From positions 1-42,461 of the forward strand of contig JBEPZX010000011.1 of the NCBI GenBank assembly GCA_041640635.1: a DNA stretch of 42,461 nt, in the 5' to 3' direction. Shown in pieces: positions 1-9,170 of this stretch. The stretch's first letter is position 1; each line of letters opens with the position of its first letter. The translations under genes were made by a program, and so were the position numbers. The DNA comes from Aquificaceae bacterium (lineage in GTDB: Bacteria > Aquificota > Aquificia > Aquificales > Aquificaceae). Below the pieces are notes generated by a model. It saw nothing but the letters and a program-made list of their open reading frames with translations, made no database searches and was not told the DNA's origin.

Positions 1-26
1 AAAAAAAAAAAAAATAGAGAAAAAAC

Positions 27-905
27 TTAAATTAAATACTTTCCAATATCTTTAAATCCATTTATTCCTTTCAAAATCATAAACAACCTATCAAGACCTA
101 TAGAACAACCTGCACACGGTGGCATGTTTTCGTATGCATTTATTAAATCCTCATCTATTGGCAGGTCCCTGTTTTGTCTATAAACCTCCATTCTTTTTAA
201 AATTTCCTCCTTTGATGTTTCTTCTGTCCATCCGTTAGCTATTTCTATACCTTTTATGTATAGCTCAAAACGTTCAGCATAATTTTCTGTTATTTTTGCA
301 TACGCAGAGAGTCTTTTTGGATACTTTACCAGAAAAGTTGGTTTTTTAATTCCTAATTTTCTTTCTATTTCTATATAAACCCTGTAAAAAAGAGTTTCCC
401 AATCTTCTTGGTCATCAAACTCGTAACCGTAAGTCAGAAGGTTGTTTTTGAAAATCTCTTCGTCTTCGGACAGTATGATTCCAGCATATTCCTCAAAAGC
501 ATGCTCAACACTTATGATCTCGTAACTTTCGGCTATTTCTAAAACCTTCAAAAGTTCTCCTATTTCTTGAATCAGATAATTAAAATCTTGTCCTATTTTG
601 TACCACTCGAGCATGGTAAATTCTACGTTATGCCACTTTCCTATTTCTCTATCTCTAAAAGCTTTAGTTATTTGGAATATGTCTTTTTTATACTTACTCA
701 GTAGTTTCTTCATAGCAATTTCTGGAGATGTATGCAAAAACAGGAATTTTTCATCGGGAGTTCTTACCGAAACTCTTATGGGTTCTACATTAGGATCTAT
801 ATTTGGATATTCTTGCAAAATTGGTGTAAATACTTCTATATAACCTCTGCTTTTAAAGAAGTATCTTATACTGTCTATAAAATTTTCGTATTCTTTTAAA
901 AACAT
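27..905 (-). CDS. epmA: EF-P lysine aminoacylase (GenX/PoxA), lysyl-tRNA synthetase catalytic-domain paralog
   Basis: LHTSPEIAMKKLL, FRD..H..EFTMLEWY, ERFELYI.GIEIANG, GLDRL motifs; no anticodon-binding domain. Confidence 0.93.
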   Translation of the reverse strand: MFLKEYENFIDSIRYFFKSRGYIEVFTPILQEYPNIDPNVEPIRVSVRTPDEKFLFLHTSPEIAMKKLLSKYKKDIFQITKAFRDREIGKWHNVEFTMLEWYKIGQDFNYLIQEIGELLKVLEIAESYEIISVEHAFEEYAGIILSEDEEIFKNNLLTYGYEFDDQEDWETLFYRVYIEIERKLGIKKPTFLVKYPKRLSAYAKITENYAERFELYIKGIEIANGWTEETSKEEILKRMEVYRQNRDLPIDEDLINAYENMPPCAGCSIGLDRLFMILKGINGFKDIGKYLI

Positions 906-963
906 AAGAGATTAATTTTAAACTATATTTGCAAATACTTTGTTATGTTAAAATAGCACTCAA

Positions 964-1365
964 ATGCTTATTCTTTTTGCTTCTGGAAAAGATATAAAGA
1001 GCCTTTTAGCGGAACATATAGCAAAGAAGATTTCACGCACAGCGCTTTTAAACGTAGACATCCTTTCTTTCAATTTAGAAAAGCCAGATAGTATTCCCGA
1101 ACTGATTTTTGATGTGCTTAGGGAAAAGGATTACCCAATAGAGAATTTGGTAGTTCGTACAATAGAAGACGTTCCTTACGATGAAGCAGATATTCTCATA
1201 ACACTCTCCCCTTCTGCTCGTGACAATTGTCAATATGTTAGAAATCACAAAAGAAGAGAGCACTGGAATATAGACGAATTAACATCTATTGATTTGGCTA
1301 CTCTTAGACGTATAAGGGACCAAATTGAAAGTAACATGGAAGATCTGTTTAGGATTACAAAGTAA
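964..1365 (+). CDS. LMW-PTP/ArsC-fold protein lacking the catalytic CX5R loop
   Basis: ADILITL...C and REHWNIDE...RRIRDQIE match the LMW-PTP/ArsC C-terminal half; the N-terminal loop reads FASGKDIKS. Confidence 0.65.
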   Translation: MLILFASGKDIKSLLAEHIAKKISRTALLNVDILSFNLEKPDSIPELIFDVLREKDYPIENLVVRTIEDVPYDEADILITLSPSARDNCQYVRNHKRREHWNIDELTSIDLATLRRIRDQIESNMEDLFRITK

Positions 1366-1382
1366 ATAATCATTCTGCTTAT

Positions 1383-1397
1383 TTCAAAAGTTTTGAA
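1383..1397. promoter_or_regulatory. Perfect 7-1-7 palindrome TTCAAAA-G-TTTTGAA, candidate operator upstream of the GcvH/LbpA-like gene
   Basis: Palindrome read directly; a 1-nt loop makes an RNA hairpin unlikely. Confidence 0.3.
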
Positions 1398-1454
1398 GCA
1401 ATATGTCTATGGTCATATGGTAAGATTTGAATACTTAGATTAAAATTTCCAATT

Positions 1455-1895
1455 ATGAAATATAAAGGATGCCAAATTCCAGAAGACCTTTACTACGATA
1501 TAGAAAATCAGGCTTGGTATAGAATTGAATCCGACGGCACTGTAACTGTAGGTGCTACTGATATAGGTCAAACGAGAGCTGGAAGAATGGTAAATGTTAG
1601 AATAAAACCTGTAGGAAAACACGTACCAAAAGGTAAACCTTATTCAAGCTTAGAAAGCGGCAAATGGACAGGACCAGTGCCTGCTATGATACAAGGTGTG
1701 GTGATAGAAAGGAATGAAGAGCTTTTTGATCAACCAGATTTAATAAATGACTTTCCTTATACAAAGGGATGGATTGTAAAAATAAGACCTGATAATTTGG
1801 ATGAGGATATAAAAAGCTTAGTAACAGGAGAAGAAGCCATAAGGCTCATGAAAGAGTATATAGATAGAGAAGGCGTAGAGTGTAAGAGGGATTAA
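1455..1895 (+). CDS. gcvH: Glycine cleavage H-like lipoate-binding protein (LbpA type)
   Basis: GcvH fold with lipoyl-Lys in LESGKWTG, N.DFPYTKGW; Cys near both termini (KGC.., ..ECKRD) as in LbpA. Confidence 0.85.
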   Translation: MKYKGCQIPEDLYYDIENQAWYRIESDGTVTVGATDIGQTRAGRMVNVRIKPVGKHVPKGKPYSSLESGKWTGPVPAMIQGVVIERNEELFDQPDLINDFPYTKGWIVKIRPDNLDEDIKSLVTGEEAIRLMKEYIDREGVECKRD

Positions 1896-1917
1896 TATAT
1901 TTATTAAGGAGGAATCT

Positions 1918-2655
1918 ATGAAAAAACTTTTAGGCGTTTCAACCATACTTTTTACCATAACTTTAACTGCATGCTCTAGTGTAGGGAAATGTCCTACTCA
2001 AGACCAAGTAAAAACTGCGGTAAAGGGCTTTATTCCACAAGAATTTAATGTAGAATCCATATCCAGTGTAAAGGATATACCAGGTCTATGTGAGGTAGTA
2101 ATCAAAGTAGGAGCTCAACCGCTTGTTTTTTATACGGACAGCAAAGCTAATTACATCATGGCTGGCAACTTAATCTCTGTAAAGGATAGTAAAAATCTAA
2201 CGCGCGAAAGACAGCAAGAATTTATGAAAGTGGAAAAGAATTTGCTTAACGAGGTAGAAAAGCTTGTAGATTTTACATACGGCAGTGGTAGTAAATACGT
2301 ATATTACATAACAGATCCAGATTGCCCATTTTGTAAAAGAAGTGAACCAATCTTAAAGGATTGGGCGGATAAAAATAATGTTCAGGTAAAGGTCATACTT
2401 TTCCCACTTCCCATACATCCAGAAGCTTTTGGAAAATCTGCTTCCTTGATATGTGAAAAGAGAGGTTTTGTAGATCTGATGACAGGCAATTATGGAACTA
2501 ATCAATGTGACCAGGGTAAAGCAAAGGTACAGCAAAATATAGAATTTTTAGCACAGCGTTTAGGTATTGGTGGTACACCAACATTTATAGGAATGAACGG
2601 TTTGATGCATTCAGGTGTACCTGAAAAGGAAGATCTAGATAAACTGGTTAAATGA
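1918..2655 (+). CDS. dsbC: DsbC/DsbG-family thiol:disulfide isomerase, lipoprotein
   Basis: Lipobox LTAC, DsbC N-terminal dimerisation segment, TDPDCPFC, GTPT cis-Pro loop; SD AGGAGG. Confidence 0.8.
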   Translation: MKKLLGVSTILFTITLTACSSVGKCPTQDQVKTAVKGFIPQEFNVESISSVKDIPGLCEVVIKVGAQPLVFYTDSKANYIMAGNLISVKDSKNLTRERQQEFMKVEKNLLNEVEKLVDFTYGSGSKYVYYITDPDCPFCKRSEPILKDWADKNNVQVKVILFPLPIHPEAFGKSASLICEKRGFVDLMTGNYGTNQCDQGKAKVQQNIEFLAQRLGIGGTPTFIGMNGLMHSGVPEKEDLDKLVK

Positions 2656-2659
2656 GTGT

Positions 2660-3787
2660 ATGCTAGATTGGGTTTCTGATGAAATAGAGAACATTAAAAA
2701 TCTCTCTCTTTATAGGGAAAGAAAAGTCCTAGAAAATGTTAAAGTTTTCTGTTCTAACGACTACCTTGGCTTAAAAAATCATCCAGAAGTCGTAGAAGAA
2801 GCCATAAAGGTCTTAAAAGATGTGGGTCTTGGTTCTGGGGCAAGTCAGTTGGTCTCTGGTTACACCGTGTATCATAAAGAACTGGAAGAGAAAATTTGTG
2901 AGTTTAAGAGTTTGCCTTCTTGTGTTCTTTTTGGGTCTGGTTACTTGGCTAATTTGGGAAGCATAGGAGCTCTTACGGACGATAAGGATGTTATATTCAG
3001 TGATGAGCTAAACCATGCAAGCATAATAGACGCATGCAAGTTGTCTAAAGCCAAAAAGTTTGTTTACAGACACTTAGATTATGAACATTTGGAAGAACTG
3101 CTGAAACTTCACAGAAGAAATTACAGAAGGTGTTTAGTAGTTACAGACAGCGTGTTTAGTATGGATGGGGATGTAGCAAACATTAAGATCCTTCAAAAAC
3201 TAGCCAAAAGTTACGACTGTTTGCTTTATTTAGACGAGGCACACGCAACAGGAACCGTAGGGGACTTTGGCAAAGGTGCACTGGAGCTTTTTAACCAAGA
3301 ATGGGAAGAAAACATTGTAGTTATGGGGACACTGTCAAAAGCTTTAGGGGGCTATGGTGCTTTTGTTTGCGGTGCGGACAAACTTTGTCAGTATATAGTA
3401 AATAAATCCAGATCTCTAATATTTTCTACATCCCTTCCGCCTTCTCTGTGTGCAGGAGTAAGAAAAGCGATAGAGATAATACAGAAGAACCCAGATCTTA
3501 TAAAGATGCTCAGAGCTAAAGAAGAAAAAATTGTTAAGATTCTAGGAAAAACAGGTTACAAAATCCTATACAGTCAAACACCTATAATTCCAGTAATAGT
3601 GTTTTCGGAAAAAAAAGCTATTGAGCTTTCCAACATTCTTTTAAGTAGAGGTGTATTTATACAAGCAATAAGGTACCCGACAGTTCCTATGGGCAAAGCC
3701 AGGCTTAGACTTACAGCAAGCATAAGCTATACGGAAGAAGATTTAGAAACTTTAGAAAAGGCTTTTTTGTCCCCCTCCCTCAGTTAG
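2660..3787 (+). CDS. bioF: 8-amino-7-oxononanoate synthase
   Basis: FCSNDYLGL, NHASIID, SVFSMDGD, DEAHA, GTLSKALG. Confidence 0.93.
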   Translation: MLDWVSDEIENIKNLSLYRERKVLENVKVFCSNDYLGLKNHPEVVEEAIKVLKDVGLGSGASQLVSGYTVYHKELEEKICEFKSLPSCVLFGSGYLANLGSIGALTDDKDVIFSDELNHASIIDACKLSKAKKFVYRHLDYEHLEELLKLHRRNYRRCLVVTDSVFSMDGDVANIKILQKLAKSYDCLLYLDEAHATGTVGDFGKGALELFNQEWEENIVVMGTLSKALGGYGAFVCGADKLCQYIVNKSRSLIFSTSLPPSLCAGVRKAIEIIQKNPDLIKMLRAKEEKIVKILGKTGYKILYSQTPIIPVIVFSEKKAIELSNILLSRGVFIQAIRYPTVPMGKARLRLTASISYTEEDLETLEKAFLSPSLS

Positions 3788-3809
3788 CCCCCTCCTAAAA
3801 GCCCCATTT

Positions 3810-5195
3810 TTAACGTACTAGGTTTATAGTCTCGTCCAGTACCGTGTTGGAAGATGTTACAACTCTCGCGTTTGCTTGATAAGATCTTTGAGCGGATATA
3901 AGGCTTATAAATTCAGATGCAATATCCACATTGGACATTTCCAACATACCAGATCTTATTTTTTCAGATCCGCCTGGTGTCATTATAGTAGGGGTGGAGA
4001 TGGAGGTGTATAAATTGGCACCTTTCTTTATTAACTCTTCAGGATCAGAAAATACAGCTACACCTACTCTATACAGAGGCAAAGACTTTCCATTGGAGTA
4101 AACACCAACAACCGCACCATCTTCGGACAAAACATATACATCTACGAGATCGCCTTTTGCGTAACCATTTTGCTCAGCAGTTACTATAAAATCTGCTGAG
4201 TACTGAGTTATAAAAGAATTGGGAATTGGTTGGTCTTCACCAGGAGCATTTGCTTGAGGAGACTCCCCTACATATATGCGCCAATTTGTATTTATATCAA
4301 AACTTCCCCCACTAGGTGATGATGGAGGAACAGTTAAATTTGCTGGATCTAAAAAGTAGAGGTATGTTTTACCATCTGGACTTTGTTCTCTTTGGATTAG
4401 ACCATTAGGAGGAAGACTATCATATAGTAGTTTACCATCGTTGGAAAATTGCACGCCTAGCCAATCACCGTAGAGTTCGTATCCAGGAGTGCCCGGATCT
4501 ATATCTGATCTTAGATGTATGTTCCATACATTTGGTGTATTCGTTTTTACAAAGAAAAGATCAGCTTGATAAGGGGTTCCAAGAGAGTCATATATGGTTA
4601 TTGTGTATTTGTAGTTGTAGCTTGTAGGATCGTTAGGGTTAAACGCAACTGGTGGAGGATTAACATTTGCATTTAGATTTGTTGGTTGTAAGAACCTTAT
4701 TACGTTTGTAGACTTTGGATCAAGTTGAGGAACTACATGAATATCTTCGAGACCTGTACCTATAGTCTTTCCTTTTTCGTCTACTTTAAAACCTTGAAGT
4801 TTAAATCCACCTGAGTTTACCATGAATCCATCCCTGCTAAGCCTATACTGCCCGTCCCTCGTGTAATAGTAAGTGTTCGTTATAGGATCTTTTATTATGA
4901 AGAGCCCTCTACCTTGTATAGCCAGATCCGTGTTTACACTTGTTTGTTTAAAGTTTCCAATAGTCCACAATTTCTGTGTGCTATCTACAATAACGCCTGC
5001 TCCATATGTGGTTGATTTCATAGTATTGGTAACTGTATTGAGACCAATAGTCACAGAAGATAACACATCTTGAAATATGGGTCTGCTACCTTTGAATCCA
5101 ATAGTATTTACATTGGCTAAGTTATCAGATGTAACATCCATCCATGTTCTGTAAGCGTTCATACCTGTGACGGCATTAAAAAAACTTCTCATCAT
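3810..5195 (-). CDS. flgE: Flagellar hook protein FlgE
   Basis: NLANVNTIGFK, DLAIQGRG, YYTRDG, IYDSLG, LEMSNVD, QRSYQANA; follows flgD. Confidence 0.93.
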   Translation of the reverse strand: MMRSFFNAVTGMNAYRTWMDVTSDNLANVNTIGFKGSRPIFQDVLSSVTIGLNTVTNTMKSTTYGAGVIVDSTQKLWTIGNFKQTSVNTDLAIQGRGLFIIKDPITNTYYYTRDGQYRLSRDGFMVNSGGFKLQGFKVDEKGKTIGTGLEDIHVVPQLDPKSTNVIRFLQPTNLNANVNPPPVAFNPNDPTSYNYKYTITIYDSLGTPYQADLFFVKTNTPNVWNIHLRSDIDPGTPGYELYGDWLGVQFSNDGKLLYDSLPPNGLIQREQSPDGKTYLYFLDPANLTVPPSSPSGGSFDINTNWRIYVGESPQANAPGEDQPIPNSFITQYSADFIVTAEQNGYAKGDLVDVYVLSEDGAVVGVYSNGKSLPLYRVGVAVFSDPEELIKKGANLYTSISTPTIMTPGGSEKIRSGMLEMSNVDIASEFISLISAQRSYQANARVVTSSNTVLDETINLVR

Positions 5196-5199
5196 GGCT

Positions 5200-5832
5200 C
5201 TATCCTCCCATATGTACTATTCTGGATGGATCTATCAAAGATCCATCGTTAAGTTCGAAAGCTAAATTGCCATTTAAAATTGTTGCTGATTTTATGTTAC
5301 CTTTTACACCTAATATGACATCGTTTACTTCTAAGCCTTCTTTGTAAATTTTTACGGTGTATTGACCTCTGGGTATGTCACTTACATTCAAAGGATTTAA
5401 GCCTTTCTTCAAGTCTAGTCTTACCTCCTTGATTATTGTGTCTCCATCCAATATCCTGAGCTTTATGTCTCTATAGTTGTCTCCAGAAAGTATGTAGTAC
5501 TCGCTGTTTTTAAAGGTGTTTAGTGTATCCGTAGATATAACAACACTTTTATCTATAAGACTCATACTAGAAAGCATAGTGATTTGGTTTAACCATCCTT
5601 TGATATCATCAAAAAATTTTTTCGTGCTGTCGAAATAATTTACTTGATTAAGTTTAACCATATCATCCAACATCTTGGATAGATCTTGTTCTTGGAAAGG
5701 ATCTTGGTATTTTAACGTCTCCATGTATATTTTTAGGAAATCTTCGGAAGATATATTATCTACACCTTGGGTATAGTTGGCTGGTAACAGCTTAGGCTCC
5801 TTTGGTTTAACATCGTAAAGTTTTTCAATCAT
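5200..5832 (-). CDS. flgD: Flagellar hook capping protein FlgD
   Basis: DFLKI...LKYQDP motif; directly upstream of flgE. Confidence 0.8.
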   Translation of the reverse strand: MIEKLYDVKPKEPKLLPANYTQGVDNISSEDFLKIYMETLKYQDPFQEQDLSKMLDDMVKLNQVNYFDSTKKFFDDIKGWLNQITMLSSMSLIDKSVVISTDTLNTFKNSEYYILSGDNYRDIKLRILDGDTIIKEVRLDLKKGLNPLNVSDIPRGQYTVKIYKEGLEVNDVILGVKGNIKSATILNGNLAFELNDGSLIDPSRIVHMGG

Positions 5833-5842
5833 AATTGCCCTC

Positions 5843-6076
5843 CTACCCTTTTTTTAGCTCTTGTGCCAGTATTTCACCAAAGCTTTTTTGTTCCTTTTGA
5901 GAAGTTTCTCTTACAACGCCTTGTAGATCGTAGATTCTCTTTTCTTTCTTTATAACGATTTCCTCTCCCTTGACTTCAATTCTAACAAGATCTCCTTCTT
6001 GAATTCCAATCTTTTTTCTTACATTGCTAGGCAAAGTAATTAAGCCTCTTGCCATAACTTTTGCAACTTCATCCAT
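5843..6076 (-). CDS. AbrB/MazE/SpoVT-family DNA-binding protein
   Basis: KV.ARGLITLP..VRKKIGIQEGDLV; start moved to ATG 6076, 7 nt after a TATAAT. Confidence 0.85.
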   Translation of the reverse strand: MDEVAKVMARGLITLPSNVRKKIGIQEGDLVRIEVKGEEIVIKKEKRIYDLQGVVRETSQKEQKSFGEILAQELKKG

Positions 6077-6083
6077 AAGTTTG

Positions 6084-6111
6084 ATTATATGCATAATTCA
6101 GAAAATGTCAA
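6084..6111 (-). promoter_or_regulatory. Consensus sigma70 promoter TTGACA-16bp-TATAAT for abrB-like-flgD-flgE (leaderless)
   Basis: Minus strand TTGACA 6111-6106 and TATAAT 6089-6084, ATG at 6076. Confidence 0.75.
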
Positions 6112-6114
6112 GTA

Positions 6115-6139
6115 GTTTGATAATTATTAAATATCAAAC
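6115..6139. promoter_or_regulatory. Inverted repeat GTTTGATA-N9-TATCAAAC, candidate operator
   Basis: Perfect 8-bp arms in a divergent intergenic region. Confidence 0.4.
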
Positions 6140-6207
6140 ATGCTATAGATATCAAAGTACTGTCAATCGATAAGTAGCTATGTGCTGCTATGTTATAATT
6201 AAAGTTT

Positions 6208-7716
6208 GTGTTAGAAAAATTATTAAAGCCTTTGACAGTTAAAGAATTCGACGAAGAAGTCATTGGACGGTGTTGTGGATGTGGGTGTGGATGTGGTTAT
6301 GTCTTATATAAAAAGGATAAAAAGATAGTTGATCTGTATGGTCATCCTAATGATGTAAGGGGCATGGGTAGTCTATGCAGCAAAGGGATAGCCTATATAC
6401 AGGAAACACAAATGAACCCTTTGAGATTGAAGGGCATATTTCTGAGGGAAGGCAACAATTTGAGTAGCGTGGACTTCGAAAGTGCCAAAAGATTGATAAC
6501 TCAGAGCTTGGACAAAAAAACAGCCTTTTTTCTAGGAAGAAACACAAGTTTAGAAGATTACCTTATAGCATCTTCCTTTGGTGATGTGTTTGTAGATGCT
6601 CCCACTGTGAACTTTAGACCTTCTACGGTGGATTTTTGGGATTGGAAAAATTACGATTTTATTCTTTCTATAGATGCAGAGCCTGTTTTTTCTGAAGTTA
6701 TGTCCACAAGATACATAGTTGATGCAGTGGAAAAATCTGGTATTCTTGTTTGCGTGTCTTCTCGCTTCGAAACATTGTGTGCAAAAGCAAAGAAAAGATA
6801 CCTTTTAAATCCTACTGATATGATAAACTTTCTAGAGAGTGTAGCAGATGCCAACACAAGTAACAAAGACACTTTAGAAATAAGAAAACTCTTATCCTTT
6901 ATGCATCACAAACTAGTTTTGGTAGGTTCTCACTTGCTTAATTCACCTTATAGAAACAGGTTGCTAAACCTTCTAAAAAAATTACGTAAAGAGTTTAAAG
7001 TTGATTACTCTTTTGTAGGTGACCTTATGATATTTCCAGCAAAAAATATAAACGACTTTTCCCCAAAAGATTATGAAACCATTATAGTGATGGGCAATCT
7101 TTTTAAAGTCCTTCCTTTGGATGTAGTAAAGGAGCTAGCAAATAAGTTTGTCATCCACTTTACGCTATATCCTGATTACACATCTCACAACTCTAAGCTA
7201 ATAATAGGAACGAAAAACTTTACAGAGAGAGAGTTTCTTTTCTATAGAAGTGGTTTTGGTAGCATTTTCCAATCAAGTAAGGTATGCCATGGTGACGAAT
7301 TTTACACTCTATCTGATTTTTTAGATGTGGAGATTGATACACAGGAGCAAAAATACATAAACCTGCCACTTATAGAAAGTTTAGACTTTCAAACACCAGA
7401 AGAAAATATACATGGAGTATGGATACATACAGAAAATACTTTAGTTGAGGATCTAGGGCACTGGTATCCTTGGCTCCATGAAATGGAAAAGTATCAAAAA
7501 GCTTACATGAATGAAAATACGGCTGCTAAACTCAAAGTTAAAAGCTCAGTAGTAGATATAAGAGGTGTTACATTTAATGTAGAAGTAACCCCAAAAATAG
7601 CGGATAACGTAATTTTTATACCAAAATCTTACGATGAATACCAACCTTACCATTGGGGAGTAAGTCCTAATTGTTATATGAAGAAACCTTATCAGTCTTA
7701 CGAGGTATTGGATTGA
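6208..7716 (+). CDS. Molybdopterin oxidoreductase-family protein (4Fe-4S N-terminal domain), short and divergent
   Basis: C-x2-C-x3-C...G.LCSKG...NPLRL; C-terminal MN..TA.KL...VFIP dinucleotide-binding-like domain; GTG start. Confidence 0.75.
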   Translation: MLEKLLKPLTVKEFDEEVIGRCCGCGCGCGYVLYKKDKKIVDLYGHPNDVRGMGSLCSKGIAYIQETQMNPLRLKGIFLREGNNLSSVDFESAKRLITQSLDKKTAFFLGRNTSLEDYLIASSFGDVFVDAPTVNFRPSTVDFWDWKNYDFILSIDAEPVFSEVMSTRYIVDAVEKSGILVCVSSRFETLCAKAKKRYLLNPTDMINFLESVADANTSNKDTLEIRKLLSFMHHKLVLVGSHLLNSPYRNRLLNLLKKLRKEFKVDYSFVGDLMIFPAKNINDFSPKDYETIIVMGNLFKVLPLDVVKELANKFVIHFTLYPDYTSHNSKLIIGTKNFTEREFLFYRSGFGSIFQSSKVCHGDEFYTLSDFLDVEIDTQEQKYINLPLIESLDFQTPEENIHGVWIHTENTLVEDLGHWYPWLHEMEKYQKAYMNENTAAKLKVKSSVVDIRGVTFNVEVTPKIADNVIFIPKSYDEYQPYHWGVSPNCYMKKPYQSYEVLD

Positions 7717-8378
7717 GAATAAGCATTTGTAATAGAAAGAATAAGAAAGGGTTGATACTTAGAGCCTTTGGTATAGAAGACATAAATATGAAAGAAATAA
7801 AGTACAAACGCTGGATTGGTGGCTTAGATATCTTTCCCGAAAATGAACTTCAAAAGCAAAAACTTTTGGAACTTTACAAAGACTACATTTACACAGATAC
7901 ATGGGAAGAGATGGAAGATGTTGTAGCAAGGCTTTTGATACAAAGGAATATGAAATTAGCTGTTGCTGAAAGTTGTACAGGGGGCTTGCTTTCAGCAAGA
8001 TTGGTGAATGTTTCTGGGATTTCTAGCTTTTTCCTAGGAGGTGTAGTGGTTTATGCAAACGAATTAAAGAGCAAACTCTTAAGCATAGACGAAAACTTAT
8101 TACTAAAGCATGGTGCCGTTTCTGAAGAAGTTTGTAGAGCCATGTGTGTAGGTGTGCTAGAAGAAACAGATGCAGATATATCTGTAGCTATAACTGGAAT
8201 TGCCGGTCCAGGTGGTGGTTCAAAGGAAAAACCTGTAGGACTAACCTATGTTGGTATAGGATCTGATAAAGAAATTGTAGTCCATAGGTTTATATTCAGT
8301 GGGTCTCGTAATGTAAATAGATTTTTGGCAACTCAAACAGCGCTGAACTTACTCAGAAAAGCTCTCAAGGAGGTATAA
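7713..8378 (+). CDS. cinA: CinA C-terminal / NMN deamidase PncC
   Basis: AVAESCTGG, HGAVSEE, AITGIAGPGGG..KPVG; TTG start in a TTGA overlap with SD GAGGT. Confidence 0.85.
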   Translation: MRISICNRKNKKGLILRAFGIEDINMKEIKYKRWIGGLDIFPENELQKQKLLELYKDYIYTDTWEEMEDVVARLLIQRNMKLAVAESCTGGLLSARLVNVSGISSFFLGGVVVYANELKSKLLSIDENLLLKHGAVSEEVCRAMCVGVLEETDADISVAITGIAGPGGGSKEKPVGLTYVGIGSDKEIVVHRFIFSGSRNVNRFLATQTALNLLRKALKEV

Positions 8379-9170
8379 ATGAGAATACACCCAACCGTGA
8401 TCTTAGATGGTGATATACAGCTAGAGGATGATGTAGAAATAGGACCTTATACGGTAATAACAGGTGAGGTAAAGATTGGTAAAGGCACAAAAATTGGTGC
8501 AAGGGTTACCATAAAAGGCAAAGTCAGTATAGGGCAACAATGTAAAATATACGATGGGGCTATTATTGGAGAAGAACCTCAACACCTAAAGTATACAGGA
8601 GAGGAAACGAGTACCCATATTGGAGATAGAGTAATACTTAGGGAGTATACAACGGTACATAGAGGGACTTCTTTTGGTATAGGTAAGACTGTAATAGAAG
8701 ATGATGTTATGTTAATGGCTTATGCACATGTAGCACACGATTGCATTGTAGGAAAAGGTGTAATAATGGCTAACTGTGCCACTCTGGGCGGTCATGTGGA
8801 GATTGGAGAATACGCATTTATAGGTGGTTTGTCAGCTGTGCATCAATGGTCCAAGGTTGGTTCTTATGCTATGGTAGGTGGTGTGTCTGGAGTATCTTTG
8901 GATATACCACCTTTTGTAAGAGCATCAGGTCAACATGCAAAGCTCTACGGCATAAATACAGTTGGTCTGGAAAGACGGGGCTTTAGTAAGGAAATTATTC
9001 AGGCTCTTAAAAAAGCATACAGAATAATCTTTAGAAGCTCATTACTAAAGAAAGATTCAATAGAAAAAGTTCTCAAAGAATTAGGCAATTACGAAGAAGT
9101 TTTAATGTTTGTAAAGTTTATTCAAGAAAGTAAAAGGGGCGTTGCCGCTGACGCAGGAGGAAGAACATGA
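8379..9170 (+). CDS. lpxA: UDP-N-acetylglucosamine O-acyltransferase
   Basis: Hexapeptide repeats, GEEPQHLKY, HVAHDC, VHQW, GINTVGLERRGF. Confidence 0.96.
   Translation: MRIHPTVILDGDIQLEDDVEIGPYTVITGEVKIGKGTKIGARVTIKGKVSIGQQCKIYDGAIIGEEPQHLKYTGEETSTHIGDRVILREYTTVHRGTSFGIGKTVIEDDVMLMAYAHVAHDCIVGKGVIMANCATLGGHVEIGEYAFIGGLSAVHQWSKVGSYAMVGGVSGVSLDIPPFVRASGQHAKLYGINTVGLERRGFSKEIIQALKKAYRIIFRSSLLKKDSIEKVLKELGNYEEVLMFVKFIQESKRGVAADAGGRT

Noticed and set aside
1..26. Poly-A run at the window start
   Set aside because: Either a contig-edge homopolymer artefact or a T-tract after epmA on the minus strand; the needed context lies outside the window.
3770..3805. Short C-rich repeat (CCCCCTCC twice) between bioF and flgE
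   Set aside because: Too short, only two copies, and no hairpin.
5843..6076. Type II toxin-antitoxin locus
   Set aside because: No adjacent toxin ORF on either side.
6267..6300. TGTGG(A/G) nucleotide repeat
   Set aside because: Explained by Cys-Gly codons of the Fe-S motif; not a contingency repeat or CRISPR.
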